DNA of 64,000 nt, taken from the NCBI GenBank assembly GCA_043228905.1, contig JBHGNT010000001.1, positions 34,038,001 to 34,102,000 of the forward strand. The letters are read 5' to 3'. Below, piece by piece: positions 52,720 to 63,414 of the stretch. Numbering within the stretch: the stretch's first letter is position 1; each line of letters opens with the position of its first letter. A model generated the notes under the pieces. The model was given only the letters and a program-made list of their open reading frames with translations. It searched no databases and was not told where the DNA came from. The position numbers and the translations under genes are program-made. The DNA is from Azolla caroliniana (Eukaryota > Plantae > Polypodiophyta).

Positions 52720-54564
52720 CTAGCTGCAGGTGTTGCAGGTGCGGGTGGTTGTGTCAGATAAGATTGCCCCATTAGCGGCCGAGATGGCACGCTGGTAGCA
52801 ACGATCGTTGGTGCTCTTGAAATCGTAGGTTTGGTTCACGTACCCGGTCCCGTCGAAGATAATGCCCTCATTATCGATCTTAAGGGTGCCGGATGCGCTC
52901 TGCGCATTGTTGAGCTTCCTCGCAAAGTTGCCGCGCGGGAAGATGGCCACCTCGTCGGTGTTGAAGTTGTGCGCGAGGTCGCACGTGAGATACGTGTTGT
53001 TGGCGACAATGATCACCTGCGTGCACGTGATCACCAACGGGAAGTTGGTGGTCTTGACGTACGTCGTGGTCATGGCCTTGTCATTGCTTGCCACCACCTT
53101 CGAGTCCGATGAGATCTCCAAAGCGGCCGTCTGGTAGCCGTAATCGTCGGCCAGTGTCAGCTTGCTCTTGAAGGCCAAGGAGGAGGAGACACATGTGACG
53201 ACTGTACCCGCCGAGTACTTGACCGTGCCGGAGAACGAGTAGCTGCGTGATGCGGCAATGTCGAACTGACCATTCAACCCCTTGAACTGCCCCGAACTCG
53301 ACGGAGTGTATGCCGACACATTGTACGCCCTTAGAGAAGCTTCGATGTTAGTGTAGGTTGGGTCAATCCAGAGAAGCAGGTTGGCATTGACGAGCCAACT
53401 CGAGAGCGCATTGGCAACGGAGATGGAGAAGTCGTGAGGCCTTCCGTCGAGGATTGTGGCAAGGAAAGGCGTGATGTCGAGGTCGAAAGAGGGTACTACC
53501 GTGGTCCCTATCGGCAGCACGGGGCGCCATGCTAGAGGATTGAAAGCCCCGGCGTAGATCACGGGATACGGCCACACTGAGCCCACGAAGGTCCCGTCGA
53601 TGTAGGCAGCGATCTCGCGGAACGGCCCATTGCCGAAAGTCAAGTTGTTGGCCACTGCATACTCATTTGGGGGGTTGGTGAACCATGATTCGTCATCGCC
53701 ATGGAAGGACGCGCAAATCTCAAGAACCGCTCGATAAGCATTTCTGGGGATTCCGACGAGCCGCTTCGACACGGTGGTGGGGTCGGGGTCGCCGATGCGG
53801 AACCAAAGCCCTCCTTCCTCGGGGGAATTGAGGGAGATGGGCTTGACAAGCTGGGGTGGAGCCAATGTAGGATCTGGGGATGCCGGTTTGACCTTGGTGC
53901 CGATGAAGTAGAAATCCAGCTCCACATCCACTGTGTAAACCCCATCGTAGACATCATCCAGCACGTTGCCGAGCGAGAGAGTGACCTTGCGAGTAGTGGG
54001 CTGACCCTTGAATAGAGATGAGAATCGCGTGACATCCTTCTCGAGGGACCACCAGCCGCGTTGGAGGCTGAATTCAGGGGTGCCACTCCGGAGGAGCTCA
54101 ACGCCGTCGAGCCAGAGGGTAGAGATTCGTCCGAATTGGCGGCCGGACGAAGTACCGCGCCAGCGGAGCACCACCTTGTCGAAGGGACGGCCAGCGCACC
54201 CGGAGTTGAAGGTGGCGGTCGCGGGGCCGGAGGTGCCGGTGTCTCCGAATGTGGCGGTGATGAGCGGGCACGTGCGAAAGGGGCGGCGGCGTTTGGATAT
54301 GGTCACGATGGGACGGGACACCTCGAACAAGGGGGCGACCGAGCGTTGGGATGAGAGGATCCCGGCCAAATTGGGCCGGTTGTTGACGGAGCTAGAGACT
54401 CCGATGGCGAGCTCGCGGGCCTTAAGCGGGTAGTTGAGCTTGAAACCGGGGGCGGCGGGGTCGGGAAGATCGGACGCGGTGGCGGCCGAGCACACATTGG
54501 GTACCACCAAGAGGAGGGGTGAGAAGGTGGCAAAGAGTAAAACGAGTGCCCATCTCCCACACAT
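52720..54564 (-). CDS. Peptide:N-glycanase A (acidic PNGase A)-family secreted protein, intronless, 614 aa
   Basis: Signal peptide MCGRWALVLLFATFSPLLLVVPNVCSA. Family motifs: FEVSRPI, GRQF(G)RI..WLDGVELLRSGT, EKDVTRFSSL, GLWF, IPRNAYRAVLEICASFHGDDESWFTNPPNEY, GNGPFREI, GSVWPYPVIYAGAFNPLAWRP, DITPFLATILDGRPH, WLVNANLLLWID. Confidence 0.9.
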   Translation of the reverse strand: MCGRWALVLLFATFSPLLLVVPNVCSAATASDLPDPAAPGFKLNYPLKARELAIGVSSSVNNRPNLAGILSSQRSVAPLFEVSRPIVTISKRRRPFRTCPLITATFGDTGTSGPATATFNSGCAGRPFDKVVLRWRGTSSGRQFGRISTLWLDGVELLRSGTPEFSLQRGWWSLEKDVTRFSSLFKGQPTTRKVTLSLGNVLDDVYDGVYTVDVELDFYFIGTKVKPASPDPTLAPPQLVKPISLNSPEEGGLWFRIGDPDPTTVSKRLVGIPRNAYRAVLEICASFHGDDESWFTNPPNEYAVANNLTFGNGPFREIAAYIDGTFVGSVWPYPVIYAGAFNPLAWRPVLPIGTTVVPSFDLDITPFLATILDGRPHDFSISVANALSSWLVNANLLLWIDPTYTNIEASLRAYNVSAYTPSSSGQFKGLNGQFDIAASRSYSFSGTVKYSAGTVVTCVSSSLAFKSKLTLADDYGYQTAALEISSDSKVVASNDKAMTTTYVKTTNFPLVITCTQVIIVANNTYLTCDLAHNFNTDEVAIFPRGNFARKLNNAQSASGTLKIDNEGIIFDGTGYVNQTYDFKSTNDRCYQRAISAANGAILSDTTTRTCNTCS

Positions 54565-54649
54565 TGGTGATAACGGATATTATGAAGGATGATGGGGGCT
54601 TGATTAAAAGGGTGAGTTAGTGTTGGAGTGGGATTTGAACACTAGCTCT

Positions 54650-54666
54650 AGTATTTATATATATAG
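54650..54666 (-). promoter_or_regulatory. TATA-box candidate for the PNGase A-like gene
   Basis: Minus strand reads CCTATATATATAAATAC about 90-100 nt upstream of the ATG at 54564. Confidence 0.5.
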
Positions 54667-55919
54667 GTGCTCCCCTTGGGTTAACAAAGGATTGAGTATG
54701 AGTCCATATGCTTTCATTCAATAAGATCTTGTTTTCATGGCCACCACCCCACGTCCCACACCCTCCAAGAACTTTTCACACCCCTCTTTTTTTAACCTAA
54801 TGTGCCCTTTGTTTTATTTTTTTCCACTCACCCATTACACTATTCCTCTCCATGTTGCGTTTTTTTGTTTTGTTTTGACACACACTACTCCTCCCGCATC
54901 GGATCCACCGCTCGATCCACGTACCCCCATCCCCCCCTTATCTCTCTTCTCCCCTATCGCCCCCTTGTTGTCACCAAAACTACTCTAGCTTATGTAAGTG
55001 TAAAATGTCAAACAAAAAAACAAAAACTATACTCTACTATAGTTTGAAGAAATCCATCCACCCCTTCAAGAGATAATCTCTTGAAAGGGCCAACATGAAA
55101 ACTTGAAATGAGCATGACACTAGTTCCCATAACATTTGGAGGCAAATCTAGTGACCACCTTTAATGAAGAAGAGCTTGCCTCTTGCGTGGAGAATGTGGA
55201 AGTTCTCGAGAAATGTAAACTCCTTATCTTAGTAAGTGGCGTAAATTCCATGCATACTTTCTTTTACTATAGCTGAATCATAGGAAATTGGAGCAATCCC
55301 ATAATTTATATCGTTGTTCTGGAGATTTGCCAGAATTTTCGTGCTCGCACAGGAAAAAGTTTCCAATTATTGATGCATTTGTTGGCCACACTTCCATCTA
55401 CCGGTAAATATGGTTGACATAAAATTGTCATTCTCTTGTACATTTATGTTAGTAGCTTTCTTGCATATTTTATGGCATACTGATATCCCCACGTAATAAT
55501 GAAGTGAGTCTGCACTCATGACTAAAGCATAACACCCTCAAATAACTCCTTTAAGGTTAAAAGATGGAGTAGTACAAGTGCTCTTCCACAAAACACAGCT
55601 CATGCATATATCACCAATCACTCAAGTAATGATAAGACGAGTTGTATTTCTATTTGTTTGTTGGATATATCATCCAAGCACAAATCCTTATTGTTGAGTC
55701 GCAAGTCGATATAGTCTAGGGCTCAAAGTGAGTCTAGTGGCACACTTAATGGTGGGAGGAAATCATTATGTTTTACTTTATATAGTTAACACAATCATCT
55801 AATATATGCATATTTTGCGAAAAACATATCGTTTAAGGGATAAAAGCTTAATAACTTCAAACTTGAGGTTTCATTTTGGTTGGCCTCAATATTAGATACT
55901 TTAGTGACCCACATATTGC

Positions 55920-56248
55920 GCTAATGAATCCATCAATAACGGTTTCGTAGGCTATAAACATTTTATCAAACCCAATTTACCCTTGTTGGGTTCAATATGA
56001 AAGCCAACTTGATCTTGATAACATTTTTTGCTGACAGTGCTAACGAATCCATCAATAACATTTTCCTAGGCTATTATCAAACCCAATTTACCCTTGTTGG
56101 GTTCAATCTGAAAGCCAACCTGATTTTGATAACATTTATAGCTCATTGAGCTAATTAATCCATCTATAATGGTTTCTTAAGCTATAAACATTTTATCAAG
56201 CCTAATTTACCTTAATTTGGTTCGACCTAAAAGCCAACCTAATTTTTA
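55920..56248. repeat. Three-copy ~112-120 bp diverged tandem repeat
   Basis: gctaa.gaatccatcaataa...ttatcaaacccaatttacccttgttgggttcaat.tgaaagccaac at ~55920, ~56039, ~56150. Confidence 0.88.
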
Positions 56249-56893
56249 TTAAATGTATAGTTCATTGCATGTATAGTTCATTACATTCATTTTATGTGAT
56301 CACCAATCCTAGATGGCATGAGTATGGGCAATACAAATCCTAATTTTCTTTACAACATCTACTTGGTCCAAAATAATGCTCATTGTTTTTACTTTCAAAC
56401 TCGGTTGCAAGAAAGGTTCAAAGAGATCCAAAATCACCACTTTTCCCACTCCATGCAAGATATTGCAAGGTCTACTTGCATCACCATGTAATGAATGCAT
56501 CACTATTGCTTTGCTTCCCCAATACCGTCATTAACTACTATCATTTATACATGAAGGAACCTAAATTTCAATCCATTCTTTAGTTTTCCATAGGACATCT
56601 TCCCAACTCCATATCGCCTATCCTCCAAAATCTTATCTTTTCACATTTATACAAGCGTAGCTTCATATATCAGATTTATTATTTTGTTTGGGATGAGATG
56701 ATCGGCCTGGTGCCTTAAATAAAAACTCATGATGATGCACAAGCTCACATATTAATATAAGTACACCTTACTACAAGCATATAGTTTTACAGTTTTCTTT
56801 AATGAATCATCTGATAAATTTGAATAAACGGACGATACTAGAAGGGCATCTTTGAATATCTGTTAATAAGTATCCTATATTGATTTCCTAAGC

Positions 56894-57090
56894 AAGATTA
56901 ACGTCTATTAACCTTGGTTTAATAAACCAACCATCCACTCCATATATGTGAGAACCTTATTTCAAGATTAGTGTCTATTAGTCTTGGCTTCATCAACTAG
57001 CATCCACTCCATATATGTGAGAATCTTATTTCAAGTCTTAATTTTTATTGATCTTTCCTTCATCACACTAACCATGCACTCCATGTATAG
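56894..57090. repeat. ~69-bp x3 diverged tandem repeat just downstream of the PCS stop codon
   Basis: aagatta..gtctatta..cttgg...catccactccatatatgtgagaa.cttatttc repeated. The third copy is more diverged. Confidence 0.75.
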
Positions 57091-57101
57091 CATGAGTTTT
57101 T

Positions 57102-60100
57102 TTATGTCAATGGGACTTGCTCCTCATCTAAATACTTGCTGAGAACGTATGCTTGTCGAGCAAGGTGAGCCACCTGCTCAAAAGTAATGAAACAAATTAT
57201 GTTTCTGATCTTAAGACAAACCAAATAAGACAAATATGGTTAATAAATGAATACTAAGTTTACCTCAAGCTGCAAATCAATAGGAAGATGCTCCCTGGTA
57301 ACAGTCTCAACTATCTTTGCATAAACATCAGAGTTGGTTATTGCATTCCATGTTGACATGGGGAGAGATAATAACAAGATGGAAAGCAAATCTCGTCTTG
57401 TTGGCTGAAGGGGTGGTGAATAGTTATCATTGCCAAGTTTGATCGGAGAACTTGGAATGAATGCTTCCACATTTTGCTCACATATATCCACGGAAAACTT
57501 ACTCCAACCTATCGTATCCGATCTCATGTGGAATTCAGTTGTGATACGTTGCATGCCTGATATGGTTTGAGATCCAGTGAAAATGGCAGCACCTTGACAA
57601 CATGCTTGGATCACAGTGTCTTGTAGGTTCTCATCATTCTGTTCAGCATTTTGTGGCATAGAATCCATCCATTTTGTGATTAGATGAAACGCCTTTGTAT
57701 TGCGCAATTGTCGAAGTAGTTCATTCTGGTAGTATAAGAATCTCTTTAGTTTTTCCTTTTTACACCTTTCTTCTCTTTTTTTTCTTTTTATCGTTATATC
57801 CATTGGTGCTGAGGATACCACTAAATGTTTCAGTATTTACCAGGAAACTGTTCGTTTTAGGACCGTAGATAGACAAGAAAGATAAACTGAAAAATACAAA
57901 ACAGAAAACAAAATACACAGTGCAACAGATAAACTTTTACATGGAAACCTTAAAACAAGGGAAAACCATGGGGCACAGATTTCCAATATAAACAGAAGTA
58001 CAAGAGAAACAGATTACAAATCTCTGAAAATCAGAGAATCCCTTCTTAGGGTTTTGACAAGTTTCACTAACTATGCCTACACTCACTTCCTCTCTTGTCT
58101 CCTTCCTTTCTGTAGCACTCTCTCTGCACTTACAACTTCCACGTAAAGTTTGCCCTATCTCCACATATTTATGTATGCTAAAAAGCCGCACATTTGGTTC
58201 TGAGTTCTTACTGAGGTGTTCTTGCCAAGACTACTTGCCTAATATAAAAACACTTTAAATTTTAGAATCGGAATTACCTCAAGCTGAATACATTCGGAAT
58301 CCGTTTTATCAGTTTTCTCCACATGACTACCATCAGAGGTCTTGACTTCCACTTTCCACTTCACAACGGAAGTAACGTCAGCTGGTAAAGAACCAAAAAC
58401 ACTATCCAAAACTTGTTCTAACCTTATCAAATTTGTGGTTCTCAATAACTCTGGAACATCTTGAAAGAGATGCCGGAAAATTGTTTTCCAATCCTCATCA
58501 TTGCAGGACTACAAAAAATGGAAACAAGCAATAAATAAAAACATTAATACATAAAATTGTTATAATAAATAAAGCAGTAAACATTTGCAAATTTGCACGT
58601 AAACATTCCAATGAAAAGATACCAATGTTACACCTTCAGTAGTTAAAAGATCTGAGAACTCAGAACATGCCACTGAGACAAGACTAACACGTAATAAAAT
58701 GCATACAATTTGTGGAAAGGTGAAAGCACAATGCATGTATTTTTATGGATAGTATTTATGTAAAGGAGATTATGAAAGTGTATATCACAATGTATTATTT
58801 TAACTTACCAAGGTAAAAAGCACAGCTGGTGGATTGGCACGCTTGGAAATTGTCATGAACCTACATAAAGCAGACAAATACACACATTTCTATCATTGAC
58901 GATCTATAGAACAAAGTTGTTCCTTAGTAACCAACGATATAGAAATGAATATAGAAGAAACAAAGGATTAACCAATTATTCTCTACATCGTTGATCGAAT
59001 TATTGTCTACATCATTGACATACTCCGGCCTCTAGGCTGATAATAACAGCTCCAAGGATTATACAATCTGTGATTATTTGCATAGGTAGTCTTATAACTA
59101 GGAGGTTCTCTGGGGGGGTTTCGTTTCGTAAGTTCAACTAACTCAAGAAGCAGAGAATTTCATACACATTTACAGCAATATAGCTTTAAACTAGCAACAT
59201 GGAGCATCCACCTCCCTTGATATCACTAATTCAATACGATTAAGATCTGAAACTGAAAATTAACTGCCTCTACACTGATAGCAAAAGCATTAAGTTCATG
59301 CTCCAAAAATTCGACAATCTGTGATCATTTTTGCATAGGTAACTACAAGAAATAATATGACAGTTCATAGAACTTACCCTCTTAATTTTCCAGTTGAGGC
59401 ATCGATTGTGTTGATTGCATCCCAGAGTAGTGTAAGAGGTACCCAATGAGGTGGGTATTTAAAGCGTGCAACATCTAAAATCAATACCATATCTTTTCCA
59501 CTATGATATCCACCCAATGGGGAGAAATGTCCAGTGCCTGTCTATCAAACTTATAATCAAAATTTCAGTATTCAAATAGAAATACAGTGAATTAATTGCA
59601 GCAAACAATTAGATATATTTTAAACATAGAAAGTTTAAAGACAGAAAACCACAAGGCTACAGGAAACCACATTGACATTCTATGTTCTTGAAAAAGAATC
59701 CACGTCCTTTATGTTGACCATGTGTATCTGAGAGTGACATTTAGAATCACCAGTGAGTGCTTTATATGACATAAGTACAGCCAAAGATTGATTAATTTGA
59801 GGATATGCAGCTTTGCCCATGCTAGAAAGCTAATGCCACTACACCCACTTCCAAGAACCTTGTACAAAGTATATTTGACACATGTTTATTACCATTCTCA
59901 TAATCCTGTCCACCCATATGGGCTATTGACTCTCCATCCATAAATGGACGCAAATAGAGCATCATGAGCCATGATCGTTTCACAGATGATATTTGAGTTG
60001 GTCACACCCCTCACAAATGTACTTGAAACTTTATTAGACATGGTGAACCTCTACCAGATCCAAACCACCCCATTCAAAACATTATTCAACATGGTGGAGG

Positions 60101-63100
60101 AGGAATTGTGGTGCACACAGGTGACAAAGCTGTTCATCAACAATGACCTGGACGCTGAGAGCTACCCACATTTTCAATATTGCACACCCCACCAAGATGA
60201 TGAAAGGAACAAAATATTGTGGCTATATCTGGGGCAGCTCTATAACCTCTTCCCACAAAGATACCCAATTATACCCAGACCATTACATGGATGCCTACGT
60301 GCCCCATAGTGCTTGCAAATTGCCAGAGATTGAAGCAGGACAAACCCTTTGCATACCTGTGCCTGACAGACATTGCAAGTTATGTCAAGGAGACGTTAAA
60401 AAAGATGAATTATGTGCATAAACGCCGAGAATACAAACATCAAAGAGAAATATGCCACAATCTTTGCCATTTACACCACCCTCTGTCACAACTCAAAGAA
60501 AACTTATATGCACCACTCTTTCAGAATGAGTTCTTATATTAGATGGTGCATAGGCAGTCGCACATGAATGAGTTCTTCCATAGAACCAGACCGCCAGAAA
60601 ATGCCAAGGAGTCACCATTGAGCAAGGAGAGGAATGCTGATGACAACGGAGATTGTGAATACCAAGATACTAGGCACACGGGCCATTGGCTATCCCTGTA
60701 CTGTACTTTGTGCCATATACCATCTGCTCAAGGACACCCAAATATAGACAATGTACTTCATCATATTTCACGCTTGTAAGATCATCTAAGAATCATAATC
60801 AATCCTATCTTTAGGAATCCTAGAACTTTTATTTTGTCAATATAGATAGCCTACAACTACCCATGTTTCTAATCATGGTACGTAATATACTCGAATGCAT
60901 TTGCAAACATTCTTTTTCATACATTTGCAAGCGAATGCATATGTCATGAAAACATACTCGTGTTGTTTTTTACAATTTTTACCTTAACTTTCTTACCTAA
61001 AAATATATATACCTTATAGTAAATAATGAATACAAAAGTATGGTATTTACCATACTTCGAAGGTGTTTACTATACTCAAATGATTGAAACATTCTCAAAT
61101 GTGAATGCACGTATGGTACATATGGTTCACACTATGTTTCTAATCAATATTTGTATCATTGCCTAATTTCTGTCCCTTGTAGACATTAGTATATTTTTCT
61201 AAGCCCATTTAGAAAAAGTTTCAGTTTCTTCATATTAATATATAGATGCCATACGTGCCCCTACCTCTAGAGATTGGATCACTTTCCTTTGAGATCATGG
61301 GCATAGAGAGGGTTATGGAGTTCATGCTTGACATTCCAAATGAAACCTCATATTGGCTTCCTAGAATCGCATGGCAAGCAAGATTTTTATTTCATGAAGC
61401 ACAAAAGTCAAATATTGAGTTCTAGACATAAAGAAAATATTCAATAATGGTTCGGAAGATCGGATGGATTACACTTGCCTCATGATCCCTAAAAACTATT
61501 CTTCAATAAACGAGCATTTTTTGCATTTTTTGCATTTTTTGCAATACTTCAGAATTTATATTACATGCCTTGCATCAAACTATAAAACTATCTTTTTCTC
61601 TGAGCAGGCAATTGCACTTAACCATATGTGATTGAACCCATCCCCTTGTCCTCCATCAGCACTTGCTTTCACACGATTTGGCTCACTATCTCTTCAATAT
61701 AAGATGGGGTGCTAGATACCAACAAAAAGACTCATTGACTATGCATATTCCCTCCAAACAGTTTGTAAGTCTGAGTATCACTCTCAATTCCGATTCCCAC
61801 CATCAATAACATTTAAGTTTTTCTCCACCATATACATACCTGTCCAAACGTTCTTCTGTCATAAGAAGCGATGACATGATGATCATCCAAAGAGGTACAT
61901 TCTCGTACAACATCCCGAAACAACTCAAGGGAGCTTTGATCGCTATGGAAAGCTTTCACTGAAGCCCCAGCACATTCAGCTAAGCAAACAACTTTGGAAA
62001 ATGTGATACCATCAAGTTTCACTTTCTCCAACGGTTCACAGCAATCCAGCATGGATTCATCAAACCACCTCCAAGGACCTGCATCAAACCTTACCATCTC
62101 AATCCGTTCAAATCCAATTCTGTGTTTTAATCAATGCATATATCTACATTCATGGATCAAACACCATAATTTTGATCTGCATACATCTCCATACAAGGAT
62201 AGGTTGATACATGGGTACATGTCCATCATAGTTAAAAAACGTGTATCTTATGTTTAGAATACTCTAAAGTATTATATACATATTCTGCATTTAGAGCTGA
62301 CATTTTAAAATGTTTTATGCATTCTAAGTATTTGACATAATTCTATGTATTTAACAAGTATTTGACATTTCCAAAAAATTAAAATAATTAAAATGTTTTT
62401 TCCTTTAAATTTTAAGAATTATTTAATCAATGCATATATCTACATTCATGGATCAAACACCATAATTTTGATCTGCATACATCTCCATACAAGGATAGGT
62501 TGATACATGGGTACATGTCCATCATAGTTAAAAAACGTGTATCTTATGTTTAGAATACTCTAAAGTATTATATACATATTCTGCATTTAGAGCTGACATT
62601 TTAAAATGTTTTATGCATTCTAAGTATTTGACATAATTCTATGTATTTAACAAGTATTTGACATTTCAAAAAAATTAAAATAATTAAAATGTTTTTTCCT
62701 TTAAATTTTAAGAATTATTTAATATATTTTCCGCTTATCTAACGTGTTTTATCTGTAGAATACACATTCTAAGTATTTAAAGAAAAAGAGTAGAATACAT
62801 AGCATAAGTATTCTATGAATATTATATGCTAAGTATTAGACAACTATGATCTCCATACTAGTCATAGAGATGCATAAGCATACAGGATACATATCCATAC
62901 ATGGATTTTGTGGGGTATACCTTTCCATTGGCGTCCAGGATCAATTGAAAGTGCATTCAGAACGACTGTGAGAGAAGAGAGGCCACAAAACGCGGGCTCA
63001 GCTTGCGTTTCGAAAGTTGAAATCAATCTGAAGAATCCATTCATGGTCCCATCTCGGAGAGCTTCTTCAAAAAGAACCTAAAAGACGATGGAAACGCTTA

Positions 63101-63245
63101 GATGCAAAAGTACATACATATACATACACATATACATTATACACATACAAAAACATACACATTATACATACACATACGCACACGCATACACATACACAAA
63201 CACAAACACATATGCACATGCACACATATATGTATGTGCATATGC

Positions 63246-63281
<36 letters not shown>

Positions 63282-63414
63282 GCATGTCAATGAATGCATA
63301 TATATTCATATACATACACATACAATATATTCTAACCTTGCCTTGCTGAGATGCGAATTCAATAGCTGGAGGGCAGGGCAATGGGCGCTTGTAAAGGCCA
63401 GGTACTGCCCCCAT
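57102..63414 (-). CDS. PCS: Phytochelatin synthase (glutathione gamma-glutamylcysteinyltransferase), 8 exons, ~484 aa
   Basis: Exons 63414-63337, 63077-62921, 62078-61840, 59541-59378, 58860-58809, 58508-58278, 57725-57264, 57173-57102 (1455 nt, in frame). [30 protein letters not shown] (catalytic Cys), [35 protein letters not shown] (His), [15 protein letters not shown] (Asp). C-terminal ACCQGA and [12 protein letters not shown]. Confidence 0.95.
59850..60560 (+). mobile_element. Decayed LINE ORF2 3' fragment in PCS intron 3, antisense to the gene
   Basis: Frameshifted pieces: IFDTCLLP...PIWA (compare IFDTLVTP..YGVEVWG at 41.2 kb) and [24 protein letters not shown]...EYKHQRE (compare LRCETGRW..RLCTLC..FDHIR). 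Confidence 0.6.
60874..61136. mobile_element. Short hAT-like MITE (263 bp) in PCS intron 3
   Basis: Ends CATGGT...ACTATG. Perfect 8-bp flanking repeat TTTCTAAT at 60866-60873 and 61137-61144. Confidence 0.6.
62126..62723. repeat. 296-bp near-perfect tandem duplication in PCS intron 2
   Basis: tttaatcaatgcatatatctacattcatgg...aattttaagaatta begins at 62126 and 62422, with one visible substitution. TTTAAT is present at both ends and the junction. Confidence 0.95.
62523..62848. mobile_element. hAT-like MITE (326 bp) in PCS intron 2; its left part is also copied at 62227-62421
   Basis: Ends CATAGTT...AACTATG. Flanks ATGTCCAT / ATCTCCAT (7/8). Interior AGAATAC/GTATTCT motifs are shared with 24725-25021. 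Confidence 0.65.
63110..63325. repeat. Compound CA/TA/CATA low-complexity tract making up most of PCS intron 1
   Basis: Visible tacatacata/cacata runs. Confidence 0.85.

Noticed and set aside
52831-54560. Several overlapping and antisense ORFs across the PNGase gene
   Set aside because: Expected by-product of high GC (few stop codons). No recognisable motifs.
57726-58230. ORF 57937-58191 and the upstream extension of ORF 57240-57821 as extra PCS exons
   Set aside because: Exon 6 joins exon 7 in frame ([15 protein letters not shown]) giving a normal 484-aa PCS. Including them would need introns of only ~40-47 nt.
52720-63414. PCS plus PNGase (and neighbours) as a functional gene cluster
   Set aside because: No shared pathway is evident. 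Adjacency in a gene-dense plant chromosome is not evidence of a cluster.
1372-63414. U12-type or non-canonical introns
   Set aside because: All reconstructed introns are GT-AG without the RTATCCTT donor. The ATATCCTT matches at ~2755 and ~43222 are on the non-coding strand.
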